Sequence record: SRR31156797_826
Strand: one strand, 5' to 3'
Length of the DNA stretch: 64,000 nucleotides
How positions within the stretch are numbered: position 1 is the first letter of the stretch; every line of letters starts with the position of its first letter. The position numbers and the translations under genes are program-made. The notes under the pieces are model-generated. The model searched no databases and had not been told where the DNA came from. It saw only the letters and a list, made by a program, of their open reading frames with translations. Shown in pieces: positions 20,004-30,445 of this stretch.

Positions 20004-21284
20004 TTAAGTCATCGTCTTCAGGTGCGATCTAAGTTTATTCGTAAGTAGTTCACAGTTAAAATAGATACCTCTATTGATATGGGTATCATAAATTAAGTCA
20101 GCATTAACAGTAACACTCTTTGATAAAAGTGTTTTATGAAGCCCAGCATGTTGGCACTCTTCATGGGTACAGACAATTTTTATAGGAAGCATATCGCCAG
20201 AAAGTCCTAATATTACAGGTCCTTTAGAACATTTCTCTTTTATTGCATACGCATAAGATAACAATCGTGATTTTATCGTTGGCAGCATTATACCAGAAAG
20301 AAGCTGTACGATGTCCTTGCTCGCATATCCGCTCTCTGCAAGGTAATACATGTTTTTATGCAAATCAATGTCCGCTGGGCGGAAGTTGTTACTTCCCAGT
20401 ACACTTATAAAAAGGTTTATAGTTTTTAATATTTTTAGATAATCATTTTTTATATTTTCTTTCTCTTTAAAGAGAGGGGTGGGGGAGCTACCGTTTTGTG
20501 CCCTTAATAGCTTAACAGCTTCCAACGTCTCTTTATTATCACAAAAGGTCTCTGTAATGCACCCTGAAAGTGCTGCATCCTCACTTTTCGAAACCGTATC
20601 ATTGCACCCAGGTATATCATATGAGCTCTGGAAAAAACTGCCACACAACAAGAGGTTAACTGATTCGATATAATTAGATATTGGTTTAGATCTGATAAAA
20701 TAAGGTCTACCAACTATAAGCGAGAGAAAAGCGGAACTTACAGTTTTATAAAATGTCTCTTTTTGCACTTGAAAGTTCGAGACATAACTTAACATCATAT
20801 TAATGCCAGCAATATCATCAGTAAGTGAATTAAAGAAATTTTCCAGTTGGCTAAAAGCGTCTTCATTATTTATCATATAATTTTTGAAAAGAGGCTCGAG
20901 CTTACTGTTTTTTACAAGAGCAGTCTGTATTTCCTGCAGGATAATGCTTTTTATCTGAAATTTATAGTAATCACAGATACTATTGTCCGCTTTGATCTTG
21001 AGAGGCATTGTGTTAAATTTCTTTTCGTTATAATACCTTTCCAGCAGCATATGCAGTTTATCTGCAAGATTTAGCCCGTTACTTATCAGTATACTACCCT
21101 TAGAATCACAAAACTCACCATCAATACTGTGTATCTCAGAAAATACATATGGGCTTTTCAACCTTATAGTTGAGAAGAAGTTTTCAACTCCTTTCTCGTA
21201 AAGTAATTCTTTCAAATCACTTGGTGTAGTGCGCAGGTCAAACGCAAGCTTATCGAAAATACTATCGTGAACAATTGTGTTCAT
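20004..21284 (-). CDS. Hypothetical protein, degenerate HD-GYP-like with C-terminal Cys motif (paralog B)
   Basis: 426-aa ORF with AGGAG RBS; shares GDMLPI..C-x4-C..GLHKTL..YF.C..LTNKL with paralog A. Confidence 0.75.
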   Translation of the reverse strand: MNTIVHDSIFDKLAFDLRTTPSDLKELLYEKGVENFFSTIRLKSPYVFSEIHSIDGEFCDSKGSILISNGLNLADKLHMLLERYYNEKKFNTMPLKIKADNSICDYYKFQIKSIILQEIQTALVKNSKLEPLFKNYMINNEDAFSQLENFFNSLTDDIAGINMMLSYVSNFQVQKETFYKTVSSAFLSLIVGRPYFIRSKPISNYIESVNLLLCGSFFQSSYDIPGCNDTVSKSEDAALSGCITETFCDNKETLEAVKLLRAQNGSSPTPLFKEKENIKNDYLKILKTINLFISVLGSNNFRPADIDLHKNMYYLAESGYASKDIVQLLSGIMLPTIKSRLLSYAYAIKEKCSKGPVILGLSGDMLPIKIVCTHEECQHAGLHKTLLSKSVTVNADLIYDTHINRGIYFNCELLTNKLRSHLKTMT

Positions 21285-21487
21285 AAATCAACTCCTACTC
21301 TTTAAAGAATATCCTATAATCTATTAATGTAAAGGAGAAATATACATTACGTGTTTTTATACACGTAAATTTGTTTATGTGTAAACAATTTACATATAAA
21401 TATTTATTACTACTTAGTATTGTCTGTGAAGGCAGAGTAATGCTTAAAATCTTTGACTTAAGTGTTTATAGGTGATAAGAAATACTG

Positions 21488-22129
21488 ATGGATTTACAAA
21501 TAGCAGAATACTTAAAATTCCTTACATTAGCGATAGTCCCTTTCATGATGGCGATAACCGTGCATGAGTATGCACACGGTCTGAGTGCCTATATGTTAGG
21601 TGACGACACAGCAAAGCGGGCAGGGCGTTTGACCCTTAACCCTCTGTCGCATATAGACCCTTTGGGGATACTGTTTCTCGTGGTTACGAGGCTTTTCGGG
21701 TGGGCAAAACCTGTTCCGGTGAATTTCGGTAACCTGCATAAAAACAGAAAATACGGTCCGGCAATTGTTGCTTTTGCGGGACCTTTGGCAAACCTTATTC
21801 TTGCAGCTCTCTCTGCAATAGCCATACACGCCTTAAGCGGAGTTCAGGTTGTGGAGGGGAGTACCGCCTATAAGGTGCTTCTGCCGGTGGCTGGTATGCT
21901 ATCACTCTCAGTTCGTATAAACGTTGCTCTTTTTATATTCAACCTGCTCCCTATACCGCCTCTTGATGGTGGTCGTATAGTTACATCACTCCTCCCATAC
22001 AAGCAGGCTGTTGCATTTTCACAAATAGAGAGATACGGTTTTTTAATCCTTATTGTTCTCTTTCTCACAAATATAATTGATGTTATTATATTCCCAGTAA
22101 TGAACGTTATACTGAAAATTCTACTTTAG
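21488..22129 (+). CDS. Site-2 protease (M50) family
   Basis: HEYAHG, AGPLAN, FNLLPIPPLDGG; upstream of trpS. Confidence 0.93.
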   Translation: MDLQIAEYLKFLTLAIVPFMMAITVHEYAHGLSAYMLGDDTAKRAGRLTLNPLSHIDPLGILFLVVTRLFGWAKPVPVNFGNLHKNRKYGPAIVAFAGPLANLILAALSAIAIHALSGVQVVEGSTAYKVLLPVAGMLSLSVRINVALFIFNLLPIPPLDGGRIVTSLLPYKQAVAFSQIERYGFLILIVLFLTNIIDVIIFPVMNVILKILL

Positions 22130-22144
22130 AGGTAAATATATATC

Positions 22145-23125
22145 ATGGATAAAGTTTTAAGCGGAATGCGTCCGACCGGACGTCTCCATATCGGGCATTA
22201 TTTCGGTGCACTTAAAAACTGGATTGACCTCCAGAACAGATACGATTGCTACTATTTCGTTGCTGACTGGCACGCACTCACGACAAACTATGAAGATCCT
22301 GAAGACATTATAGAAAACAGAAAACAACTTGTACTAGACTGGCTTTCAGTAGGCATTGACCCTGAAAAATGTACAATGTTCGTACAGTCGCACAATATAT
22401 ATCACGCAGAGCTCTCACTACTGCTTTCGATGATAACGCCTGTCTCATGGCTTGAGCGTTGTCCTACATATAAAGAGATCAAACAGGAGCAGTCTAATAA
22501 AGACCTGTCAAACTTAGGTTTTCTTAGTTATCCTGTTATCCAGACAGCAGACATCATTATGTATTCTGCGAAACATGTACCCGTTGGTGAAGACCAGCTA
22601 CCGCATATCGAAATATCGAGAGAGATAGTACGCAGGTTTCATCACCTTTATAATTGCGAAATTTTTGAAGAACCGAAAGGGCTTCTCACTGAAGTTCCAA
22701 AACTTCCGGGGCTGGACGGGCGTAAGATGAGCAAGAGCTACGGCAATGCTATCACTCTCTCAGAAGACCTTGGCGAAGTTGAGAAGAAGCTCAAGCGGAT
22801 GAAGACCGATACTAATCGTCAGAGGCTCACTGACCCGGGCGATCCTGCACTCTGTCCTGTGTTTGACTATCATAAGGTTTTCAGCACAGAAGAGGAGAGG
22901 GCAGAGGTCACAGAGGGCTGTACCAAGGCATCTATGGGCTGTATGGACTGTAAAAAAGTCCTTATGAAGCATGTGTTTGAACTGCTTGAACCTATTCAGG
23001 ACAAACGTAAAAAATTCGAAGCTGAGATAACGGATATAGACGAATACATGAAGCCTATGCAGGCGAAAGCTAATGAAGAAGCAGCTAAAATGATGGATAA
23101 GGTGAGAAAAGCACTAAAAATATGA
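22145..23125 (+). CDS. trpS: Tryptophan--tRNA ligase
   Basis: SGMRPTGRLHIGH, VPVGEDQ, KMSKS. Confidence 0.97.
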   Translation: MDKVLSGMRPTGRLHIGHYFGALKNWIDLQNRYDCYYFVADWHALTTNYEDPEDIIENRKQLVLDWLSVGIDPEKCTMFVQSHNIYHAELSLLLSMITPVSWLERCPTYKEIKQEQSNKDLSNLGFLSYPVIQTADIIMYSAKHVPVGEDQLPHIEISREIVRRFHHLYNCEIFEEPKGLLTEVPKLPGLDGRKMSKSYGNAITLSEDLGEVEKKLKRMKTDTNRQRLTDPGDPALCPVFDYHKVFSTEEERAEVTEGCTKASMGCMDCKKVLMKHVFELLEPIQDKRKKFEAEITDIDEYMKPMQAKANEEAAKMMDKVRKALKI

Positions 23126-23847
23126 GTAGACTCCTTGATGTCAGCCTGGATAACTTTGAAGGTCCGCTTGACCTGCTTATCCACCTGATATATAAAAATG
23201 AACTCAATATTTATGACGTTCCTATCGCTTTTATCGCTGAACAGTTTGTTCAGGCGGTAAACGATATGGAAAAGCTTGATATTGAGGTGGCTGCCGAGTT
23301 TATCAACATGGCGTCATACCTCATCTACCTGAAGTCTCGTATGCTTCTGCCAAAAGATATCTACACAGAGGAAGATATCGACCCTGAAGAAGAGAAATTC
23401 CTGCTTACTCAGAGGCTTGTGGAGTATTCATTTTATAAGGATGTTGCGGAGCACCTCCGTGTTTTAGAGGTGGAATCAGGTAAATTCCTCATGCGCTCTA
23501 ATAAGCTTTTCATACCGAAAGACGAGATGCCGACGGAAGACCCTTACAGCATAGCAAATGCTTTCTTCTCTCTACTTGAAAAAGCTGACGTAAAGCCTAT
23601 GAATGTAGAGAAGGATATTGTTGACGTTGCAGACGTCATAGAGAGAATAAAGGCAATAGTCTTTGATAAAAATAAACTTTTCTGGAATGACATAGTGAAA
23701 ACCTGTGTCAGCAGAAGAGAGGTTGTTATAGCACTGCTTGCAGTTTTGGAGCTTATGAGGTTAAAGTTCATACAGGCTATGCAGGCGGAAACTTTCGGAG
23801 ATATAGTTATAGAGAAATGTGCCGAGACGGAGGAATCAAATGGATAA
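23122..23847 (+). CDS. scpA: Segregation and condensation protein A
   Basis: FEGPLDLL, LKSRMLLP, LAVLELMR. Confidence 0.94.
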   Translation: MSRLLDVSLDNFEGPLDLLIHLIYKNELNIYDVPIAFIAEQFVQAVNDMEKLDIEVAAEFINMASYLIYLKSRMLLPKDIYTEEDIDPEEEKFLLTQRLVEYSFYKDVAEHLRVLEVESGKFLMRSNKLFIPKDEMPTEDPYSIANAFFSLLEKADVKPMNVEKDIVDVADVIERIKAIVFDKNKLFWNDIVKTCVSRREVVIALLAVLELMRLKFIQAMQAETFGDIVIEKCAETEESNG

Positions 23848-24358
23848 AGAACAGAAAATCTTTTACACATCACTATTCCTTTCCGGTGCGCCTCTGGATA
23901 AGAAATTCTTCCGTAAGATATTCGACCCTATAAACCTTGAAAACAGGCTTCTGGAGCACCTTGAGGCTTTTAACAAGCTTGGTCTTGGTATGCACATCCG
24001 CATGGTCTCCGGCGGGTATCAGATGGTCACAGATAAAGAGCTCCTCGGCGAGCTTGAGCCGTATTTCGGTGAGAAGACAGACGCTTTAAGCAGAGCATCT
24101 ATGGAGACCGCCGCTATTGTGGCGTATAAACAGCCTATCACAAGGATAGAGGTTGATGAAATAAGGGGTGTAAACTCATCAGGAACAATGAGATACCTCC
24201 TTGAGAAAAATATGATAAAGGTTACCGGACGAAAAGACGTTCCGGGGCGGCCTCTCTTATATAGCACTACAAAATATTTCCTCGAATATATGGGGATCAA
24301 TGACATCTCTGAGCTTCCGACGTTTAGAGAATGGCAGGAGTTAAAAACAAAACAATGA
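23840..24358 (+). CDS. scpB: Segregation and condensation protein B
   Basis: LSRASMETAAIVAYKQPITR..IRGVNS, GRPLLYSTT; ATG 23840 after GGAGG. Confidence 0.94.
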   Translation: MDKEQKIFYTSLFLSGAPLDKKFFRKIFDPINLENRLLEHLEAFNKLGLGMHIRMVSGGYQMVTDKELLGELEPYFGEKTDALSRASMETAAIVAYKQPITRIEVDEIRGVNSSGTMRYLLEKNMIKVTGRKDVPGRPLLYSTTKYFLEYMGINDISELPTFREWQELKTKQ

Positions 24359-25044
24359 CAAGAATTAACAAATACATAGCTGCCCGCTCAGGGCTTTCCA
24401 GACGTGACGCAGATAAGGCTCTCGAAGAAGGGCGGGTAAGATTTAACGGTAAACTTCCGGAAGGACCTTGGGTTCAGGTTGGCGAGAAAGATAAAGTGAT
24501 GCTTGACGGTCAGCTGATCAGCGGTGCTGACGACTTCTTTTACTGGGCTTTTTATAAGCCTAGAGAAATACTTACAGCTTACGGTGAAGGTCACGGAAAG
24601 CAGACACTCGACATCTATCCGTTCCTAAGAGATACAAAGCCGGCTTACTCAGGCAGGCTCGACTACGACAGTGAAGGGCTTATCATCTTCAGTAATGACG
24701 GTGATTTCATCCGTAAGCTACAGAGAGCTGAGGAGAAGGTCGAAAAAGAATACATCGTAACCGTTAACCGACTCCTTAAAAAAGGAGAGATGGAAGACCT
24801 CAGAAAAGGTATCGTCTTTGAAGGGATTAAATACCGTGAGTGTATCGTTGAACAGCACTCCCACGATAGATATCAGGTTGTCCTCCACGAAGGTAAAAAA
24901 CGCCAGATCAGACACATGTTTAAGAACTTTGGAATAAGGGTGAAAAAGCTTAAAAGGGTTCGTATCGGCTCAGTAAACCTTAACGAGCTTCAGCCTGGAG
25001 AATTCAGAGAGTTCGCTCCGAAAGAGCTGAGAGAGATGGTTTAA
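24355..25044 (+). CDS. rluB: RluB/RsuA-family rRNA pseudouridine synthase
   Basis: S4 domain RINKYIA..SRRDAD, GRLDYDSEGL, EGKKRQIR; scpB-rluB synteny. Confidence 0.85.
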   Translation: MTRINKYIAARSGLSRRDADKALEEGRVRFNGKLPEGPWVQVGEKDKVMLDGQLISGADDFFYWAFYKPREILTAYGEGHGKQTLDIYPFLRDTKPAYSGRLDYDSEGLIIFSNDGDFIRKLQRAEEKVEKEYIVTVNRLLKKGEMEDLRKGIVFEGIKYRECIVEQHSHDRYQVVLHEGKKRQIRHMFKNFGIRVKKLKRVRIGSVNLNELQPGEFREFAPKELREMV

Positions 25045-25409
25045 TGTATCGAGTCAGAGTTGTCATGTCCTTTAACGGAGCTCATAACTTGCGCAACTAT
25101 AACGGTAAATGTGAAAACCTGCACGGGCATAACTGGAAGGTGGAGGCTTACCTTAAAGGGGCAGAGCTGAACGATACTGAGATGCTTGTTGATTTCACTG
25201 TGCTTAAAAAACGTCTTAAGGAAATCCTTGAGACCCTCGACCATAAATATCTGAACGAACAGGTAGAATTCTTCACTAAGCACAACCCGACCAGCGAGAA
25301 TATTTCGAGATATATCTATGGGATGCTCAAGGAGACTTTCGGTGAGCTTACAGACAGAGTTGTCGTATGGGAAACTGAAATTCAAGCAGCCGAATACTGG
25401 GAAGAGTAA
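25044..25409 (+). CDS. queD: 6-carboxytetrahydropterin synthase
   Basis: AHNL..GKCENLHGHNW, LDHKYLN, PTSENI, VWET. Confidence 0.93.
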   Translation: MYRVRVVMSFNGAHNLRNYNGKCENLHGHNWKVEAYLKGAELNDTEMLVDFTVLKKRLKEILETLDHKYLNEQVEFFTKHNPTSENISRYIYGMLKETFGELTDRVVVWETEIQAAEYWEE

Positions 25410-25468
25410 TCACACATTTTTCTATTTTTTCTGATATACTAGGATATTAACTCTCTCACTGGTGACAA

Positions 25469-26845
25469 ATGTTTTTTGCTGTTAAAGAGAAATCTATTTT
25501 TGACGCACATGAGTTATATCTAAGCGGAAAATATGACAAAGCACTCAGCCTTTGTGAGCAGTTACTTGCGCATAACTCTGACAGTTACTCCGCTATCAAC
25601 CTGATAGCTAATATCTATTTCATTAGCGGTAACTTCGCCAAAGGCGAACACTATATTTATAAACTCAGAGATTATTTCATCCGGAAAAATCAGTATGACA
25701 AATCTGTGGCAATACTTGAAAGACTGCACCTTATGCGTCCGTCTTCACCAAAGTATCTTATTGACATAGCTGAAGTATATAAAGATAAGCAGGACTGTCA
25801 CAGCTATATCAGGACTGTGATAAAACTTGGCGAGCTATACCGTAAGAACGGTCAGTTTCAAGAGGCGGGTGAGGCTTACCTCAACGCTGTCGAACATTTA
25901 AAAGATAATCCTAACTCGGTGATAGCTCTGGTGAATAAACTGGCAGTCATAGGTGGACACGATAAAATTGGACTTATTACTAAAAACATTGTGCTCCCTA
26001 GAGATAATTTTTCACTCCCGCAGAAAGATGATATAACACTCCTCTGCGCTGAATCCGGATGCGATGCCGAATACTATATATCCTTCATCCCGAGCTTTCT
26101 AAGCAGGGGGAAAGGGCGATACGGGCTCATCGAAGAACATATGTATAACTACTTCATACAGAACAAGAATGATGAGTTATTTTTATGGATTTTAGATATA
26201 GCTCCTGAGGCTGAGACATTAATAGGCAGGGTGAGGGAGGCTGCTCCGCAGAATGTGCCGGATCTAAGCACTCCGGAATCAGCTATTCCTATTATCAACG
26301 AGGCAGTTATCGTAACTGACAGGATTGAATCAGATGAAGATGCTGCTGTTGAATCCATAGAGATTGAAACCCACATCGAACAATCCGACAGCTCTTTTGA
26401 GGTTACGGCTCTTGAGCTTGACTCTTATCAGAAAGATAGTGATGAAACTGCTGTTACCATGGAGATAAATGACCTTGAATCAACCTATGTCAAGTCGGAA
26501 AAAACTTCGGAAGCAGTTGCTGTTGAAGGGTTTGAGACTTACGACATTTTAAGTTCATTTGATGTCCCTGATACATCTATAGACGATAAGCTGGCAAAGT
26601 CTTTTTACGACCTTGAGGATCTGCTAACTCCTGAACCTTTAATAGAGAAAACTACAGTTGAACAAATAGATATGTCAGATGTCGAAATAGTACAGTCTGA
26701 AAACGCTGACATGTTTGAGGGACTTATTGAGGAGAAAGATGAAAAAACTACTGCACAAAAGCCTGAAAAAAAGATATCTATAGATATGAATGAAATAAAG
26801 TCTAATAACTCAAAAGATAAAGACATCTTCGATATGGAAGTCTAA
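25469..26845 (+). CDS. TPR-repeat protein with acidic low-complexity C-terminal half
   Basis: N-terminal TPR-like helices (YDKALSLCEQLL, LGELYRKNGQFQEAGEAY); C-terminal ~190 aa rich in E/D/S/T. Confidence 0.7.
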   Translation: MFFAVKEKSIFDAHELYLSGKYDKALSLCEQLLAHNSDSYSAINLIANIYFISGNFAKGEHYIYKLRDYFIRKNQYDKSVAILERLHLMRPSSPKYLIDIAEVYKDKQDCHSYIRTVIKLGELYRKNGQFQEAGEAYLNAVEHLKDNPNSVIALVNKLAVIGGHDKIGLITKNIVLPRDNFSLPQKDDITLLCAESGCDAEYYISFIPSFLSRGKGRYGLIEEHMYNYFIQNKNDELFLWILDIAPEAETLIGRVREAAPQNVPDLSTPESAIPIINEAVIVTDRIESDEDAAVESIEIETHIEQSDSSFEVTALELDSYQKDSDETAVTMEINDLESTYVKSEKTSEAVAVEGFETYDILSSFDVPDTSIDDKLAKSFYDLEDLLTPEPLIEKTTVEQIDMSDVEIVQSENADMFEGLIEEKDEKTTAQKPEKKISIDMNEIKSNNSKDKDIFDMEV

Positions 26846-26849
26846 ATAT

Positions 26850-29027
26850 ATGATAAAATTCAGGTTTAAGAAGAATGTAAACTCAACTAATGAGAAGGAG
26901 ACTAACTTTAAAAAGCTGGCTCTATACAGTGGTCTTGTCTCAATCCTTCTTCTGGTAAACTTCTTTGCCGGCTCAAAAATCGTCAATACAAGCTTCCCCT
27001 GGTACTCAAACGTATCGATATTTCTGCTTGTAAATATCAACATTATACTCCTTCTGGTGGTGTTGATACTTATCTTTAGAAACCTAGGTAAGCTATTTAT
27101 AGACCGTAAGAAAAATCTATTCGGAACAAGGCTTCAAGGTAAACTGGTTATCTTTTCAACCATAATCGCTGTTATCCCTGTGCTTGTTGTCTTTATCTTT
27201 TCCAGCTCAATCATAAATAATAGTATTGATAAATGGTTTGATGCACAGATCGAGCAGGCGCTGAAGAGTTCCATCGATCTGATGCAGAAATATCAGAACA
27301 GGCTTGAGAAAGATATCGTGGAGCAGAGTGATATCCTGTCCGGTTTTATCTCATCCGGCGAATACCTTTTTAAGACAAAATATGAAAAGCTGGAAGAGTT
27401 TACAGCAAATTATATAGAGAAAAACCGTATAGACGGAATTGCTGTTTATAACAATCAGAACGCCCGGATATCCTCTCAGGAGAAGACTTTTTTCTATTTT
27501 AACACCTTTGTAAGCGAAGGGATAATTAAAGAAATCCTCGAAAAGAAGTCGATAGCCAGGTATGAATTTGTCGGCAATGATCAGATTTACTGGGTAGGGC
27601 ATCCGATTTACTCCAATAAGAACAATAATATAGCTATTGGTGCTCTTTTTATATATAAGCTTGTTCCGGTTAACGAAGCGGACAAGGTAACCAAGATTCT
27701 CGACTCGTATAACAACTACCGCCAGACAAAATTCTTTGCGGAGCCTGTGAAAAATTCTTATAAGATACTGCTGGTATTAATGACTTTGCTTGTTGTATTC
27801 GCCGGTATATGGGGAAGCCTTGTTTACGCAAAGAGTATTACAAAGCCTATTGAAAGGCTGGCAGCAGCATCAATCGAGGTTTCCAAAGGTGACCTTAATA
27901 CCGAAGTGGAAGTGCACGGTGATGACGAGATCGCATTCATGACACGTGCGTTTAACTCTATGGTGAAACGCCTTAAAATGCATAATGATGAGCTTAATCT
28001 AAAAAATGAAAAACTATCAGAGATGTTCATGCAGATCGCAAGGGATAATCAGTATGTTGACTCTATCCTTAAGAATGTTAAATCTGCAATTTTCTATTAT
28101 ACCAGCCGCTTAGAGCCACTCAAGACAAACGACTACGGTGAAGAGATACTCAAACATGCGGAAGAGGAGTTCAACGACCACGTACTCATACCGGCATCGG
28201 TCTTCGTAACCACCGATGAAAAGGAATATAACTTTCAGATTGAGATGCATATAAACGGCGAAATGCGGACGATGACTGCCAATATTACTAAAATTTACGA
28301 CCATGAGGGTAAGGCGGAAAACATAGTTATTGTTCTCGACGACATAACAGACCTGCTTAACTTTCAGCGGGTTAACATATGGAAAGAGATAGCTACAAGG
28401 ATTGCCCACGAGATCAAGAACCCGCTGACTCCTATCAAGCTGACTGCGGAACGTGTGCGCAAGAAGACCTCTACTGGTGCTGAGACGTCCGAATTTATCA
28501 TCGATAGCATGGAGACCATTATTAATGAAGTTGAGGGCTTACAGACACTTGTAAATGAGTTTAATATGTTTGCACGCCTGCCGGAGCTTAAGAAAAACAC
28601 ATTCCTTTTCTGTGCTTTCCTCGAAGAGATAGAGCTGTTTTACAAGGTTTCGAACCCTGATGTGAAAATTAATATAGACTGTAAAGACATAGAGATGTAC
28701 GGTGACAGAGCACAGCTTAAGCGTGTTTTTATAAACCTTGTTAATAATTCCATTGATGCTATGGAAGAAAATAAAGGTTATATAGACATATCTGCTGTTG
28801 AAAATGGCGATAAATTAAGGATAATATACGAAGATTCAGGAAAGGGTATCCCGTCCGAAGACTTACACAGGATTTTCATACCTTATTTCAGCAAAAAACC
28901 GGACGGAACAGGGCTTGGGCTTGCAATAGTGAAGAAGATTATTGAGGTTCATAACGGAACAGTTACAGTTGAGAGTGAATATGGCAAATTTACCAGATTT
29001 ATCATGGAGTTCAGTAAGGTAGCATAG
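26850..29027 (+). CDS. NtrY-like HAMP/PAS sensor histidine kinase
   Basis: SIDKWF, HAMP, AHEIKNPLTPI H-box, NLVNNS, DSGKGI, GTGLGL. Confidence 0.9.
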   Translation: MIKFRFKKNVNSTNEKETNFKKLALYSGLVSILLLVNFFAGSKIVNTSFPWYSNVSIFLLVNINIILLLVVLILIFRNLGKLFIDRKKNLFGTRLQGKLVIFSTIIAVIPVLVVFIFSSSIINNSIDKWFDAQIEQALKSSIDLMQKYQNRLEKDIVEQSDILSGFISSGEYLFKTKYEKLEEFTANYIEKNRIDGIAVYNNQNARISSQEKTFFYFNTFVSEGIIKEILEKKSIARYEFVGNDQIYWVGHPIYSNKNNNIAIGALFIYKLVPVNEADKVTKILDSYNNYRQTKFFAEPVKNSYKILLVLMTLLVVFAGIWGSLVYAKSITKPIERLAAASIEVSKGDLNTEVEVHGDDEIAFMTRAFNSMVKRLKMHNDELNLKNEKLSEMFMQIARDNQYVDSILKNVKSAIFYYTSRLEPLKTNDYGEEILKHAEEEFNDHVLIPASVFVTTDEKEYNFQIEMHINGEMRTMTANITKIYDHEGKAENIVIVLDDITDLLNFQRVNIWKEIATRIAHEIKNPLTPIKLTAERVRKKTSTGAETSEFIIDSMETIINEVEGLQTLVNEFNMFARLPELKKNTFLFCAFLEEIELFYKVSNPDVKINIDCKDIEMYGDRAQLKRVFINLVNNSIDAMEENKGYIDISAVENGDKLRIIYEDSGKGIPSEDLHRIFIPYFSKKPDGTGLGLAIVKKIIEVHNGTVTVESEYGKFTRFIMEFSKVA

Positions 29028-30383
29028 ATGGCTAATATATTAATAATAGATGACGAAAAAAATATTTGTACAACCATTCAGGGGATCCTCGAGGACGAAG
29101 GGTATGAGGCTAATTACGCTGTTAACTTCAGCGACGGCTTTAAAAAGCTGAAAGAGGAAGCTTATGACATACTTTTCCTCGATATCTGGCTCCCTGACAA
29201 AGACGGCATTCAGGGACTTGAGGAGATAAAGAAGTATTTCCCAGAGCTCGAAGTTGTTATGATCAGCGGTCACGGTAATATTGAAAACGCTGTGGAGGCT
29301 ATACGTCTTGGCGCTTACGACTTTCTTGAAAAGCCATTATCTCTTGAGAGAATACTATTAATTGTAAAGCATTTACAAGATAAATTTCAACTATTACGTG
29401 ACCTTCGTGAGTCACGTAGTGACCAGCTTAAAAAGTATGACCTGATCGGAAATAGTAAACCACTCCTTGATCTTCGCAGAAAGATAGAAAAGATAGCGCC
29501 AACTAACGCATGGGTGATGATCAACGGTGAAAATGGAACAGGTAAAGAGCATGTAGCAAGGCTTATCCATATGCTTTCCAAGCGTTCACGTCAGTCATTT
29601 GTTGAGATAAATTGCGCTGCCATCCCGTCGGAGCTTCTCGAAAGTGAGATGTTCGGGCACGAAAAGGGTGCTTTCACAGGTGCTCACATAGCTAAAAAGG
29701 GTCGTTTCGAAGAAGCTGACCAAGGTACTGTTTTCCTCGATGAGATAGGTGATATGGAGATATCCGCCCAAGCAAAACTCCTTCGTGTGCTTGAGAATAA
29801 CACTTTTACACATGTTGGCGGCAATGCTCCGATAACATCCGACTTCAGACTGCTTACAGCTACTAATAAAAATCTTGATGACGAAATATCCGGCGGAAAT
29901 TTCCGTGAGGATTTGTTTTACCGTATAAATGTAGTCCCGCTTATTGTTCCGCCGCTTCGTGAGCGACAGGACGACATACCGCTTCTGGTGAACCATTTTA
30001 TCAAAGAGGCGTGTTCGCTTAACGGTCTTGAGTTTAAAAAGGTTGACGAAGAGCTTATGCAGCTTTTTGTTCAGTTTGAGTGGCCGGGAAATGTTCGCCA
30101 GCTTAAAAACCTGACAGAGCGCATGGTTGTCCTTTCTGAGGATAATGTTATGAACGTTGATGACGCTCCTGAGTTTATTCAGGGTAAAGCCGCTTCTCAG
30201 AAGACTTACGATGTGGAATACGAATATCCGCTTAAACACGCAAAAGAAAATTTTGAAAAGCATTATATACTTAACGTTCTTCAGAATAACGACTGGAACA
30301 TCAGCAGGTCTGCCAGAATACTAGAGATAGAGAGAACTTATCTGCATCGTAAGATTAAAGCTTACGGCATAGAAAAATCGTGA
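29028..30383 (+). CDS. NtrX-like sigma-54-dependent response regulator
   Basis: Receiver LDIWLP/ISGHG, GENGTGKE, GAFTGA, FLDEIGD, Fis-type HTH. Confidence 0.92.
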   Translation: MANILIIDDEKNICTTIQGILEDEGYEANYAVNFSDGFKKLKEEAYDILFLDIWLPDKDGIQGLEEIKKYFPELEVVMISGHGNIENAVEAIRLGAYDFLEKPLSLERILLIVKHLQDKFQLLRDLRESRSDQLKKYDLIGNSKPLLDLRRKIEKIAPTNAWVMINGENGTGKEHVARLIHMLSKRSRQSFVEINCAAIPSELLESEMFGHEKGAFTGAHIAKKGRFEEADQGTVFLDEIGDMEISAQAKLLRVLENNTFTHVGGNAPITSDFRLLTATNKNLDDEISGGNFREDLFYRINVVPLIVPPLRERQDDIPLLVNHFIKEACSLNGLEFKKVDEELMQLFVQFEWPGNVRQLKNLTERMVVLSEDNVMNVDDAPEFIQGKAASQKTYDVEYEYPLKHAKENFEKHYILNVLQNNDWNISRSARILEIERTYLHRKIKAYGIEKS

Positions 30384-30445
30384 CAAGCTTATCCGATTCG
30401 TGGTACCCACCTAACTTGCATATATAAATATTGAGGGAATTAATA

